Assembly (NCBI GenBank): GCA_016177615.1
Contig: JACOUX010000019.1
Coordinates: 1-59,965 of the forward strand
Length of the DNA: 59,965 nt
Origin: Candidatus Woesearchaeota archaeon
GTDB lineage: Archaea > Nanobdellota > Nanobdellia > Woesearchaeales > GW2011-AR4
Direction of reading: 5' to 3'
Positions 9,891-19,318 of this stretch are shown here, piece by piece. Every line of letters starts with the position of its first letter. Positions within the stretch are counted from its first letter, which is position 1. Both the position numbers and the translations under genes were made by a program. The notes beneath the pieces were generated by a model. That model made no database searches, was not told where the DNA came from, and worked only from the letters and a program-made list of their open reading frames with translations.

Positions 9891-11511
9891 TTTTGAGCAC
9901 AACAACAATCTCGTTCTCAAAAGCCTTCTTGATATAACTCTTTTTTAATAGCTCAGCCCCGATCATCATGTTATACTGCGCAAGAGCCTGCTGCCTTGAT
10001 GCCTTGTCCAGCACTATATAATCAAAAATGCATATGTCTTTTTTCCCGAAAAAATCCTCCTGCGGCAGGCTGTCCAAGGGATACTCAAACTCAAACAGAC
10101 CCTTTCTAACCGCAACCAAGCCTCCGCTGTCCCCTGGCATCTCTGTGACATAGCTTCTTTTTATCTTCCTTTCATTGATCGAGGATATGTAATCATTAGG
10201 ATCGACAAGATAATGCACCCTTTTCGCGTTCCTAAGCAGCGCATCCTGGCTGTAGATGTCTCCATAAAGGAAGTAAATCTTTGAATCCTTCCCCATGCTT
10301 TCCCTTAGCCATTTGAGCGCGTCCCAATGATAAGTGTCCATTACACCCTGCGAGGAGAATTTTTTGTAGTGAGGAATATAAATTTTTTCAGTGTCAAAAA
10401 CAGAAGCAAAAACGCCCGAAATCAAAATTCCAAATAACAATACGAAAAAACTGCTGTGGGCTATGCCCCATTTCTTAATTGCAGGCCTTAGGATGAAATA
10501 TATCCCAAGCCCGAAAAAAACAGAGAGATACAAAGGCCAAAAGAACCTTATCTGGAATGCCCTGACGTCAAATCCAAAATAATTGAGAAACCCCCCGATA
10601 AGCATGGAAAAGCCGAAAGCCAAGGAAGTATGCATTTCCTTGAGCTTGGCCAATGCAGCAGCAATTCCAACAGCCATAAAAACAAGAAAAATGCCGAAAT
10701 CCGCTATGTAAAATCCCGGATTTCCCTCCCATACCGGCCTGAAGGAATACGACCACGGCTGGGACTTTGCCCATGTATTCATAAATATGGGAAGGTAGTA
10801 AAGAGATATTATAAGGGAGATGGCAAAGGCCATTGCAAATTTTTTTATCTCACTTTTGTTCAGGCTTTTGAAGATAATCTTGATGGCCAAAAACAATGCT
10901 ACAAAAATGGCTCCAAACACTGCCTCAGACGTGTGTGCAAGAGCAACTGAGCTAAACATTATTCCTGCCAAAAGATAAGATTTTTCCATGTCAAGCCTTG
11001 AAATGCACCACGCAAACCCTATCAGGAAGGATTGGGCCAGCACAGACGGCCAATGCCCCCAAAGGAATCCCGTGCTTGCCGGCTGGGAGAAAGCCAGCAC
11101 AGCAAGAGGAAGCGAAAGAAAGGCAGCATGCCTGTTGAACGGCCTTATGAGAAAATACATTAGAAAAACAGATATTATCGCAAAAAAAATCACGATAAAA
11201 TATATGGAATCATACACTTCGAGTCCAGAGGCATATGAAAAAATAACAGCCAGGTGGTACAGCAAAGGAGGATACCTTCCAATGCTGTTTTTGATGCCGA
11301 ATGAAATGTACTCTGCCTCCTGCCTGAAATTTCCTGCGTCTTTTATTGCATCTGCCCTGACCTGGTGCTGGAAGGAATCGGATGCAAAATAGGCGTATGG
11401 GAACTCATGGCTTATTTTGTGCCCGAATAATATGCCCGGTCCCAGAAATACAAAAGCGCCGAAAAAAATAGCTAACAGAACTTTTTCTAGGTTAACCTTG
11501 ATGTTGACCAC
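9847..11511 (-). CDS. Polytopic membrane protein, GT-C-like, with soluble C-terminal domain
   Basis: 554 aa with about 11-12 TM helices followed by a roughly 190-aa hydrophilic domain. Same architecture as 7583-9181. Confidence 0.45.
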   Translation of the reverse strand: MVNIKVNLEKVLLAIFFGAFVFLGPGILFGHKISHEFPYAYFASDSFQHQVRADAIKDAGNFRQEAEYISFGIKNSIGRYPPLLYHLAVIFSYASGLEVYDSIYFIVIFFAIISVFLMYFLIRPFNRHAAFLSLPLAVLAFSQPASTGFLWGHWPSVLAQSFLIGFAWCISRLDMEKSYLLAGIMFSSVALAHTSEAVFGAIFVALFLAIKIIFKSLNKSEIKKFAMAFAISLIISLYYLPIFMNTWAKSQPWSYSFRPVWEGNPGFYIADFGIFLVFMAVGIAAALAKLKEMHTSLAFGFSMLIGGFLNYFGFDVRAFQIRFFWPLYLSVFFGLGIYFILRPAIKKWGIAHSSFFVLLFGILISGVFASVFDTEKIYIPHYKKFSSQGVMDTYHWDALKWLRESMGKDSKIYFLYGDIYSQDALLRNAKRVHYLVDPNDYISSINERKIKRSYVTEMPGDSGGLVAVRKGLFEFEYPLDSLPQEDFFGKKDICIFDYIVLDKASRQQALAQYNMMIGAELLKKSYIKKAFENEIVVVLKNDKKGDECIEERSF

Positions 11512-11576
11512 CCTTATAGCTCTGCATCTGAATAGCTATTCTTTTTGTGTTTAAAAAGCTTTATAAATGATTTGGC

Positions 11577-12257
11577 ATGACTGCTGATTGGTGTGGTGAG
11601 GCAATGGGTTCAAATGAATGGGACGAGCACTGGTCGTCGCGGAAATTCGTGTCATTGAATTTTGCCTTCAAGTTTTACAGGAAGCATGTTATGTCAAATG
11701 CGCTGTCCTACTTTTTTGAAAAATATTTTCCGAAAGATGGGATATTTGTGGAATGCGGTTCAGGAACATCCCTTACATCATTCAAGGTAATGAAGCACAA
11801 AAGGAGGCTCATTGCCCTTGACTTGTCCATCAAAGCTATAATGGAGGCAAGAAAGATCAGGAAGATTGACTATTTTGTCCAGTCTGACATATTGAGGCTG
11901 CCGTTTAAGCCTGAAAGCGTTGACGGCATATGGAATTTAGGAGTCATGGAGCACCTGACCCAGGCGGAAATTGACAAGGCTATGGGGGAATTCCAAAGGG
12001 TGCTAAAAAAGGGCTCTTATGTTGTGCTGTTTTGGCCGCCGGTGTACAGCTCAACAGGAATAGCCTACAGGATAATTGAGAAAATGATAAAGATTGCCAC
12101 AGGAAAAGATTTCAGGTTTTATCCTGACGAGATAAGCAGGCTGTCATCAAGGGAGGAAGGGGCTTCAATAATGAAAAGGAACGGGTTCAGGGACTGCAGG
12201 GTCTTTTTTCCCTGGAGGAACTGCTTTGGAGACTTAGTGGTAGTTGCTAAAAAATGA
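11577..12257 (+). CDS. Class I SAM-dependent methyltransferase
   Basis: VECGSGTS (motif I) and DGIWNLGVMEHL (Methyltransf_11-like) motifs. Confidence 0.8.
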   Translation: MTADWCGEAMGSNEWDEHWSSRKFVSLNFAFKFYRKHVMSNALSYFFEKYFPKDGIFVECGSGTSLTSFKVMKHKRRLIALDLSIKAIMEARKIRKIDYFVQSDILRLPFKPESVDGIWNLGVMEHLTQAEIDKAMGEFQRVLKKGSYVVLFWPPVYSSTGIAYRIIEKMIKIATGKDFRFYPDEISRLSSREEGASIMKRNGFRDCRVFFPWRNCFGDLVVVAKK

Positions 12258-14650
12258 TGAAGGATATGATTAAAAGCGTCATGACAAGGGAAAGAATCGC
12301 GCATTTTTCAATACTTCTTATCATAATAATCCTCTACTTCTTTCCCTACCTTAACATCAACACAATGCCGGCAAGAGGCGATCCAACTGAGATTCCAGAT
12401 GTCCATACAAGCGACCTGATGGCCATAATAGGCATTTATCCTTTTGAGATAAGAAAAACTATCGAAGAATATCATCAATTTCCTTTCTGGAGCCCATGGC
12501 GCCTTGGAGGCACTCCAATATTTGCCAAGCCGCAGGCAGTTTTCTTTTATATAAACCTGCCCCTCATACTTTTTGCCCCGACTGTATTTGCAGGGATAAA
12601 GTGGTCAATTCTGCTGCATTTCATTATAGCAGCAGCATCGATGTATGCCTTGATGCATTACCTGTCGAAAAGCAACCTGGCATCTTTTGTTGCAGCTTTT
12701 GCCTACATATTCAATGGATACATAATCAGCAGGCTTAACTGGGGCCAGACAAATATTTTGTTCCCGTATGCATGGATTCCTTTGATTTTTCTTTTCACTT
12801 TTAAGTCGCTGGAGGAAGAGGAATGGCTTTGGAGCAGCATTCTTGTCGGTGTATTTTTTGCACTTGAGGTTCTTGGCGGGGGCGCGCAGATGTTCTTGTA
12901 CACTTCTGTGATGTATTTTTATTTTATTTTAATTTATTTTGTTGTGCACCTGATTCCGGACATTTCAGCAAAAAGGATTTTCCAAACGGCATTGAAGATT
13001 GGCAGGATGTCATTGGCAATCCTTGCTGTTTTTTTTGGGTTGACAGCTGTTTTTCTCCTGCCTAACTCAAATTTGATGAAGATAGGTGTCAGAAGCCAGG
13101 GCTTTACATATGAGCAGAGCCTTGGGGGGGAAAGCAAGCTTGACTTTGGCTACTTCAAAGACTTGTTGCTAAGCCCGCATTTTTTCAAGAAGCCGCATGC
13201 AGACTGGAATTCACAGGGGCTTGGCCTTATTCCGTCTATACTTATGCTTTTGGCAGCCTTCCATTTCAGAAAAAGAAAGGTGCTCATGTTCATACTGCTT
13301 GCATTTGCTTTGCTTCTTGTTTTGAACGGCTCTGTATTATTTTATGTATTTTGGAAATTCATACCCCAGTTCAGGCAGATAAAGGGCATATACAAAGGCA
13401 ATGCGGTTCTCTTCTTTGTTTTTTCTGTTCTTGCAGGTTTCGGATTTTTGTTCCTGAGCAGCCTTATGGAAAAATACGGAAAGAAAGCCAGGAATATTGT
13501 GGTTTATTGTGCGATTGGCCTTTTGATAGCCAACCTTACTGTCTTTAACAACAGGCTGGGGATGATGACAGACATAAAATATGAGCTAGGCAAAAATCAA
13601 GTCTTAAGCTTCATAGAAAAAGACAATGGCCTTTTCAGGTTTCGGATTTTTGAGACAAATGGCATAGACTGGGGCACAGAGCATTACAGCGTGCTTCTCG
13701 GCCTTAACGACGTATATGGAACTGAAAATGTCTGGCTGGCAGACTATCTTCCTGTTTATTTGAGCTTTGCAAACCAGTTCCCTGCAAAAGGATATGGAAT
13801 ACTGAACACCAAATATATAGTGTCCACAAAAGAGCTAAATATTGAGGACTACAAGTTCGTGAACAAGTTCGAGGAATGCGGCTATTATCCAAATGGGGCA
13901 GACATATGCCAGCCAAAGAAATCTGACGGGCCATATCTTTACAGAAATGAAAAATACCTTCCAAGGGCATATTTTGTTGATGATGCAGTCCTTGTTTTGG
14001 GCAGCAAAGACCAAGCGGCGCAGGCAGCTTATTTCCTGATGTCCAATCCGAATTTCAACCCGTCAAAAACAGTTATAGTCCACGGAGAATCAATAAACAG
14101 CTATGGCGGCAGCTTCCTTGAAAATTTTGAAGTCATACTGCTTACAGGCTCTTTTGACCAGTCATATGGGCAGAAACTAAGAAAATATATTGACAGTGGA
14201 GGAATACTTGTTCCTAATGTCCTTAATGGAGAATTTGATATTACAAAAGACAAACTGGATGAAATTCTTGCAAACCTTGGCGCAAACAGCGATTATTCAG
14301 CAGACAAGGCAGAAATATCAGAATATTCTCCAAATAAGATAGTTGTGAATACAAAAAATAAGAGAGGATTCCTTGTCATGAGCGAGCAGTTTTCCCTATA
14401 CCCAGGGTGGGAAGCAAATGACGGAACTGGAAATAGGAAGGAGATACTTCGCTCTGATGGAGTCATAAGCTCTGTCATTCTCGATGGAACAGAAAACCAG
14501 ATAATATTTGCTTATACTGAAAAATCCTTCAGGCTTGGCGCAGCCATAACTTTAGCGACATTGGGCATAATTTTAATCTGCCTTTTTTATCATTGCCGAA
14601 AATCCAGAGCCAAAAAGCCATTTATTCAAATAAACTCAAATGAAAATTAG
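12254..14650 (+). CDS. YfhO-like GT-C membrane glycosyltransferase
   Basis: 798 aa: multi-TM N-terminal half, large extracytoplasmic domain, YPGWEA...IIFAYTEKSFRLG and a single C-terminal TM anchor. This is the YfhO family layout. ATGA overlap with the upstream methyltransferase. Confidence 0.55.
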   Translation: MMKDMIKSVMTRERIAHFSILLIIIILYFFPYLNINTMPARGDPTEIPDVHTSDLMAIIGIYPFEIRKTIEEYHQFPFWSPWRLGGTPIFAKPQAVFFYINLPLILFAPTVFAGIKWSILLHFIIAAASMYALMHYLSKSNLASFVAAFAYIFNGYIISRLNWGQTNILFPYAWIPLIFLFTFKSLEEEEWLWSSILVGVFFALEVLGGGAQMFLYTSVMYFYFILIYFVVHLIPDISAKRIFQTALKIGRMSLAILAVFFGLTAVFLLPNSNLMKIGVRSQGFTYEQSLGGESKLDFGYFKDLLLSPHFFKKPHADWNSQGLGLIPSILMLLAAFHFRKRKVLMFILLAFALLLVLNGSVLFYVFWKFIPQFRQIKGIYKGNAVLFFVFSVLAGFGFLFLSSLMEKYGKKARNIVVYCAIGLLIANLTVFNNRLGMMTDIKYELGKNQVLSFIEKDNGLFRFRIFETNGIDWGTEHYSVLLGLNDVYGTENVWLADYLPVYLSFANQFPAKGYGILNTKYIVSTKELNIEDYKFVNKFEECGYYPNGADICQPKKSDGPYLYRNEKYLPRAYFVDDAVLVLGSKDQAAQAAYFLMSNPNFNPSKTVIVHGESINSYGGSFLENFEVILLTGSFDQSYGQKLRKYIDSGGILVPNVLNGEFDITKDKLDEILANLGANSDYSADKAEISEYSPNKIVVNTKNKRGFLVMSEQFSLYPGWEANDGTGNRKEILRSDGVISSVILDGTENQIIFAYTEKSFRLGAAITLATLGIILICLFYHCRKSRAKKPFIQINSNEN

Positions 14651-17189
14651 ACTCATCCAGATTTTGTCGGTATTGCATATAGCCTTGGTTATGTCTATGC
14701 TGAAAGAGTTCAGCATTGCCCCTTTAATACTGATTATTGCAGCCCTGTCAATTGATTTTTTCACAGGCTTAAGGACGGGCATGAAAAATCTTGCCTATAT
14801 TCTTGCCTGCCTTTCAGTTTTTCTTCCGCTGCTTTGGCTTTTCCTGCTCTTCCTGCCATTCGCAGTATTCGGGCTGCTGCTGGGAAAAAAGGGATTTGCA
14901 CAGAACTACATAATTGGATTTGTGATGTCTTTTACTCCTACAACAGCCATCTATCTGCTTTCAACATACCTGTCGGTTAGGCTGAGCCTGCCGTTGATTT
15001 TGGCTATATTTTATTTGGCGCCTTTAATTGCTGTATTAATTCTGAAAGGAAAGTTCTTATCAGCATTTGAGCTGGAAAGCAAAGAGGCAGCATTTTTTCT
15101 CATTATCATTTCATTGACAATAATCACCGGGTCGGTCATAATTGACGACAAGAGCTTATTCATGGCAAATGGGGTTAGGGAATTCTCAAGGATGCAGCCT
15201 GCAATTGATGGTTTTAGTAATGGGGCAATTCCAATATATGATCCTTCCACTGGACAGGGGGAAGCAACCTTCCTTTGGATTCCGCCGACATATTCCATTC
15301 ACTTTGCGCTTGGGAATTATTTACTGGACTATTTTCCAAGAATACTTCTTTTCAACTTAAATATCCTTTTCATATTGCTTTTATCTGCAGTGTCGCTTGG
15401 GCTGCTGCTCGACTCAATAATAAGCAGGGAAAAATCGGCATTAGATTGGGTTATATTGGCGCTTGTAACCGCACTTATCGGCCTTAATTTCTTTTTCCTC
15501 CAGTTCCTGGAATCCACAAAGCAGTTCTATTCGTATCCAATGAGCTACCTTTTCCTTGCTATCATAATCTCAAATCCAAGGAAGTTCAATGAATTTTTGA
15601 TCCTCATGTTCATTTCAGCAATCATCATGACAATCCATCCAGCATATGGATTTGGAGTGATTATAATCGGATTTTCTTTGCTCCTTATCACCAAAAGCTA
15701 TTATGTCAGGGACAGAAGCGAGCTTAAAGAATTTTTAAGCTGGGCTCCAGCCAACAAGCTTAAGATTGCCGCAGCCTTGCTTGCCATAGCCTGCCTCCCA
15801 TTGTTTTATTTCCAAAGCTCGATTATTTTCAGCGATTTCTTATATAAAAATCCCGGCCAAAATCCTATATCCGCAAGTACAATCAAAAGCAACGTATTAT
15901 CTTTTTTTGACAGCTTCATCAGGAATGATATAAAAATCCTGTCGCTTAAGTACCCAGATCCAAGCAGGATAGACGACCACAAGACAGGGGCATTTATCTC
16001 AATTTTTGGCGCAGCAGCTTTGATAATATTGCTGGCCGCCTATAAAGTAAAAAGCATTAAAAAATTCAGGATATTCGCTTTTGGATACTTCCTCAGCCTG
16101 CTTATCCTTTCCTTGCTTACTGCAAGCCTGACAGTGGTGCTTGGAGGGCTTTTCAGGACAAACCAGCCTTATTTTTTGGTTTTGATGGGGGCCTCAATCA
16201 TCTCTTTTGTTTTCTTGTTTGAGAATAAATATTTCAGGATTGCATTGGCAGCAGTTATTCTCGCAGCCTTTTTGCATTCACTTCCCCATGCAAGGGAAAA
16301 CCTTGCAAATATACACAGGGAGCAGTTTGCAAGCGGCGAAATTTACAAGAATGAGTTGGATTTCATCAAAAAATTGCCAAATGACGGAAGAATAATGACA
16401 TACGGGCTTTTCGCAAACGCAATTGACTTTGGAGCTCCAAGGCTTACGGGAAAATACTTCTCAAGGGACGAAAGGGAAGAGCTTGCGTCATTTGACAGGA
16501 ATGCCTATGCAAAGATACACGGCCAGAATTCATTTGGAGACCAGAATTATGTGCTGAGCAAGCCAGGTGTGGAAATTGCAAATTATCTTATTCTAGGAGG
16601 ATATAAATATGTCTTTACCAATGCTTGCCACCCTGTCGGAAACTATGTAGCCCTCAACATATATCCTAATTTTTCTCATCCAATTTACCAAAATGAATGT
16701 TTTGTAATATTATTGGTCAATAAGGCGAATTATGCCGAAAAAATTGACTTGTCTTCAAGCGCCGATGATGAAACTTACAGAAAAAATAGTGGCTACAAAT
16801 ATGTTACTATAGGCAATTATTATAATTTTGATTTGGCAGGCATAAATTACAGTAATGACCCAAAAGAGCCGGAAAGCCTGCGCTTCGAAAGGGAAACACC
16901 CACAAAAGTCAGGATATTTGGGGACTTTGATGCAAACGGCTGGGTGGTTTTCAAAGAAAGGCATTTCCCAAGATGGAAGGCATACATGGACGGAAAAGAA
17001 GTTCCTGTTTTCTCCACGAATCATGAGCTGATTTTAATCAAGACAATCAAAGGAAGCAGCATACTGCTGGAATACAAAATTCTCGGCAGGGAGAAAATAT
17101 TCGGAATAGTATCTCTGGCAGGATTTGTCGGATTTATTATACTGCTCCTTGTTTTGCTGAAAAGAGAGATACCAAAACAAGTAATTTAA
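14640..17189 (+). CDS. YfhO-like GT-C membrane glycosyltransferase (second copy)
   Basis: 849 aa with the same layout. C-terminal HFPRWKAYMDGKEVPVF...LLEYK plus a terminal TM anchor matches the YfhO C-terminal signature. Confidence 0.55.
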   Translation: MKIRLIQILSVLHIALVMSMLKEFSIAPLILIIAALSIDFFTGLRTGMKNLAYILACLSVFLPLLWLFLLFLPFAVFGLLLGKKGFAQNYIIGFVMSFTPTTAIYLLSTYLSVRLSLPLILAIFYLAPLIAVLILKGKFLSAFELESKEAAFFLIIISLTIITGSVIIDDKSLFMANGVREFSRMQPAIDGFSNGAIPIYDPSTGQGEATFLWIPPTYSIHFALGNYLLDYFPRILLFNLNILFILLLSAVSLGLLLDSIISREKSALDWVILALVTALIGLNFFFLQFLESTKQFYSYPMSYLFLAIIISNPRKFNEFLILMFISAIIMTIHPAYGFGVIIIGFSLLLITKSYYVRDRSELKEFLSWAPANKLKIAAALLAIACLPLFYFQSSIIFSDFLYKNPGQNPISASTIKSNVLSFFDSFIRNDIKILSLKYPDPSRIDDHKTGAFISIFGAAALIILLAAYKVKSIKKFRIFAFGYFLSLLILSLLTASLTVVLGGLFRTNQPYFLVLMGASIISFVFLFENKYFRIALAAVILAAFLHSLPHARENLANIHREQFASGEIYKNELDFIKKLPNDGRIMTYGLFANAIDFGAPRLTGKYFSRDEREELASFDRNAYAKIHGQNSFGDQNYVLSKPGVEIANYLILGGYKYVFTNACHPVGNYVALNIYPNFSHPIYQNECFVILLVNKANYAEKIDLSSSADDETYRKNSGYKYVTIGNYYNFDLAGINYSNDPKEPESLRFERETPTKVRIFGDFDANGWVVFKERHFPRWKAYMDGKEVPVFSTNHELILIKTIKGSSILLEYKILGREKIFGIVSLAGFVGFIILLLVLLKREIPKQVI

Positions 17190-17214
17190 TGTGGTTTTTG
17201 ACGATTAAAAAATC
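17190..17214. terminator. Bidirectional oligo-T tract between convergent genes
   Basis: tgtggTTTTTgacgattAAAAAAtc gives T5 on the plus strand and T6 on the minus strand. It lies between the stop at 17189 (+) and the stop at 17215 (-). Archaeal terminators are oligo-T runs. Confidence 0.5.
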
Positions 17215-17865
17215 CTACTTTCCCTTCCTAAACGCTTCCCATGTGTCTAAAAACTCCTGTATGGTTTCTGTCGTCCTTGGATTTGTGACCATGTCCCTTA
17301 TGACAGGAGGCGTTATGGTAAGGATATGTGCGCCAGTAAGCATAGCCGCATTCACCTGCGATACCTGCCTGAAGCTTCCTAGGATTATCCTTGACTTCAC
17401 GCTGCTTTCACCAAAAAGCTTGACAGCATCTTCAGCGACTTTTTTCGCGTCATAGCCCATGTCTTCTATCCTTCCCCAGAAAAGGCTTACATAATCAGCG
17501 CCTGCCAAAGCTGCAAGGATGGCCTGCTTTGCAGCCATGCACGCAGTTACATTTGTCTTTATTCCAAGCTCCGAAAGGGTCTTGACGGCTTTCAGGCCAT
17601 TAACATTCATGGGAATCTTGACCACAACATTGCTGCCCCACGAATTGTATTCCTTTGCCTCGCTTATCATTCTGGAAGAATCATTTGTAGTGACTTCTAT
17701 GCTGACAGGCCCTTTTACAAGCTGCAAGATCTCCTTCATCCTCTTCTCGAAATCAACCCCTTCTTTTGCGCAGAGCTTTGGGTTTGTTGTACAGCCTGCC
17801 ACAATGCCCCAGCTAAGAAGCTCTTTCAAATCATCCAATGATGCAGTGTCTGCGAATATTTCCAT
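17215..17865 (-). CDS. tal: Transaldolase / fructose-6-phosphate aldolase (subfamily 3B)
   Basis: MEIFADTASLDD...GCTTNPKL...VVKIP (Schiff-base Lys region); 216 aa is typical of short TalC/Fsa-type enzymes. Confidence 0.9.
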   Translation of the reverse strand: MEIFADTASLDDLKELLSWGIVAGCTTNPKLCAKEGVDFEKRMKEILQLVKGPVSIEVTTNDSSRMISEAKEYNSWGSNVVVKIPMNVNGLKAVKTLSELGIKTNVTACMAAKQAILAALAGADYVSLFWGRIEDMGYDAKKVAEDAVKLFGESSVKSRIILGSFRQVSQVNAAMLTGAHILTITPPVIRDMVTNPRTTETIQEFLDTWEAFRKGK

Positions 17866-17942
17866 TTTTAATATGTCGGAAATATACCATTAATCTATGA
17901 TTGATGGACGTAAGTCCAATGTAGTTGTACAAGATGATATAT

Positions 17943-17970
17943 TTCCGAGCATGCTCAAAAACCACCTGTC
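17943..17970. repeat. Copy A of a 28-nt intergenic motif (TTCCGA-N3-TGCTCAAAAACCACCT-R-TC)
   Basis: 24 of 28 nt identical to 30410-30437, including a 16-nt exact core. A partial inverted copy lies at 18021-18036 and a related GTGGTTTTTGAC at 17191-17202. Confidence 0.5.
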
Positions 17971-17983
17971 TGCACGGGATGGC

Positions 17984-18595
17984 TTACAAGGCTTTCAGCC
18001 CATCATGCCACCCGTCTGTGACGGGTGGTTTTTGACATATTTTTAAATCTTCTACCTTTATCCTTAATGCAGCCTCATAAAGGTCTTTCACAATCTCAGC
18101 CTTAACTTTTTCCTGATGCATAAAATTGAAAACGTCATTTCTTTTAATGCCAATCAAAAATCTTTTGCGGAACGGCAAATCCACTTTTAAGTCGCTCAAA
18201 TTATCCCCGACAGCATATGATTTTCTAACGTCTATTTTAAATTTTTCTATTGATTCATTGAATAGTCCGTGCTTTGGCTTCCTGCAATTGCATTGGCCTG
18301 TAAACTCAGGATGGTGGATACAATTATAGATCGCATCAACTGGCAGCGATTTAAGAATTTTTCTGTCAATCTCTTCGAGGTCTTTTGCCTTTATGTAGCC
18401 GAAAGCCACCCCAGGCTGGTTGGATATCACTATAATCTTAAATCCGGATTGCTTAAGGGTTTTCAAGGCCTTGCCGACTTTAGGAAGAAAGTGAAGCTCT
18501 TTGGCATTCATGGCGCTGTAGATTCCTTTCTCATCATGGTACATCACCTTGTTTATCACACCATCTCGGTCAAGGAAAACTGCCTTTGATTTCAT
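17984..18595 (-). CDS. gmhB: D-glycero-D-manno-heptose 1,7-bisphosphate phosphatase (HAD, GmhB type), copy 1
   Basis: VFLDRDGVIN (HAD motif I) and QCNCRKPK (GmhB Zn/Cys motif). ATG 18595 forms an ATGA overlap with the upstream stop. The C-terminal roughly 20 aa read through a hairpin element. Confidence 0.8.
   Translation of the reverse strand: MKSKAVFLDRDGVINKVMYHDEKGIYSAMNAKELHFLPKVGKALKTLKQSGFKIIVISNQPGVAFGYIKAKDLEEIDRKILKSLPVDAIYNCIHHPEFTGQCNCRKPKHGLFNESIEKFKIDVRKSYAVGDNLSDLKVDLPFRKRFLIGIKRNDVFNFMHQEKVKAEIVKDLYEAALRIKVEDLKICQKPPVTDGWHDGLKAL
18008..18033 (+). terminator. Perfect 9-bp hairpin followed by T5 (intrinsic-terminator-like), embedded in the gmhB 3' end
   Basis: CCACCCGTC-tgt-GACGGGTGG-TTTTT. 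No plus-strand gene lies upstream, so its role is unclear. Confidence 0.35.
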
Positions 18596-19314
18596 TTGCC
18601 CATCTCCTGCCATAGGCTGCTCAATTTTTCCATTGTACCAATCTCCCTGTAGACAATATCATCAGGCATGACATAGCCATAAAGCTTTTTCTTCTCCTTC
18701 AAAAGCAAAGGGAAAAGATCGTATCCAAAATCAAATTTTTTCCTTGGAATGAATTTAAGGACATTAGGCTCAAGAATGTAAATTCCTGCATTAACCAGCC
18801 TGAAGGATTTGGATGACAAATCCGCCTCATCGATATCTGGCCTTTCAATGAACCTTTCGACCCTTAAGTTTTTATTCAAAATGACAGCGCTTGAGCTTTT
18901 CTGGCTGCTATTTTTTTTATGCAGCGCAATAGTTGCGAATGAGCCATTTGACTTATGGAATCTAGCAAGGTCTTCTAAGTCAAGGGTTGTAAAATTGTCG
19001 CCGTAAATCACGATAAACCTGTCATCAAAGAAATCCTCTGCGAGCTTCAAAGCCCCTGCAGTGCCCATTGGCTCTTTCTCGATTGAATATCTTATTTTTA
19101 CACCAAACCTTTTCCCTTCATTGAAATGGCTCATTATCCCTTCAGGCATGTAATGCAGGCACAATAACAGCTCTTTTATGCCGTATTTCCTGAACAATTC
19201 CACCTGATGCTCTATAAGCGGCTTGCCCGCAACCTTGATCATTGGCTTGGGCAAAGAGCTTGTCAATTTCCTCATCCTTTTTCCAAAGCCCCCTGCAAGA
19301 ATTACCCCTTTCAT
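18592..19314 (-). CDS. hddC: Sugar-1-phosphate nucleotidyltransferase, HddC-like (D-glycero-alpha-D-manno-heptose-1-P guanylyltransferase)
   Basis: MKGVILAGGFGKRMRKLT (GxGxR loop) and NAGIYILEP. Sits with gmhA, hddA and gmhB. Confidence 0.7.
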   Translation of the reverse strand: MKGVILAGGFGKRMRKLTSSLPKPMIKVAGKPLIEHQVELFRKYGIKELLLCLHYMPEGIMSHFNEGKRFGVKIRYSIEKEPMGTAGALKLAEDFFDDRFIVIYGDNFTTLDLEDLARFHKSNGSFATIALHKKNSSQKSSSAVILNKNLRVERFIERPDIDEADLSSKSFRLVNAGIYILEPNVLKFIPRKKFDFGYDLFPLLLKEKKKLYGYVMPDDIVYREIGTMEKLSSLWQEMGK

Positions 19315-19318
19315 GGAT

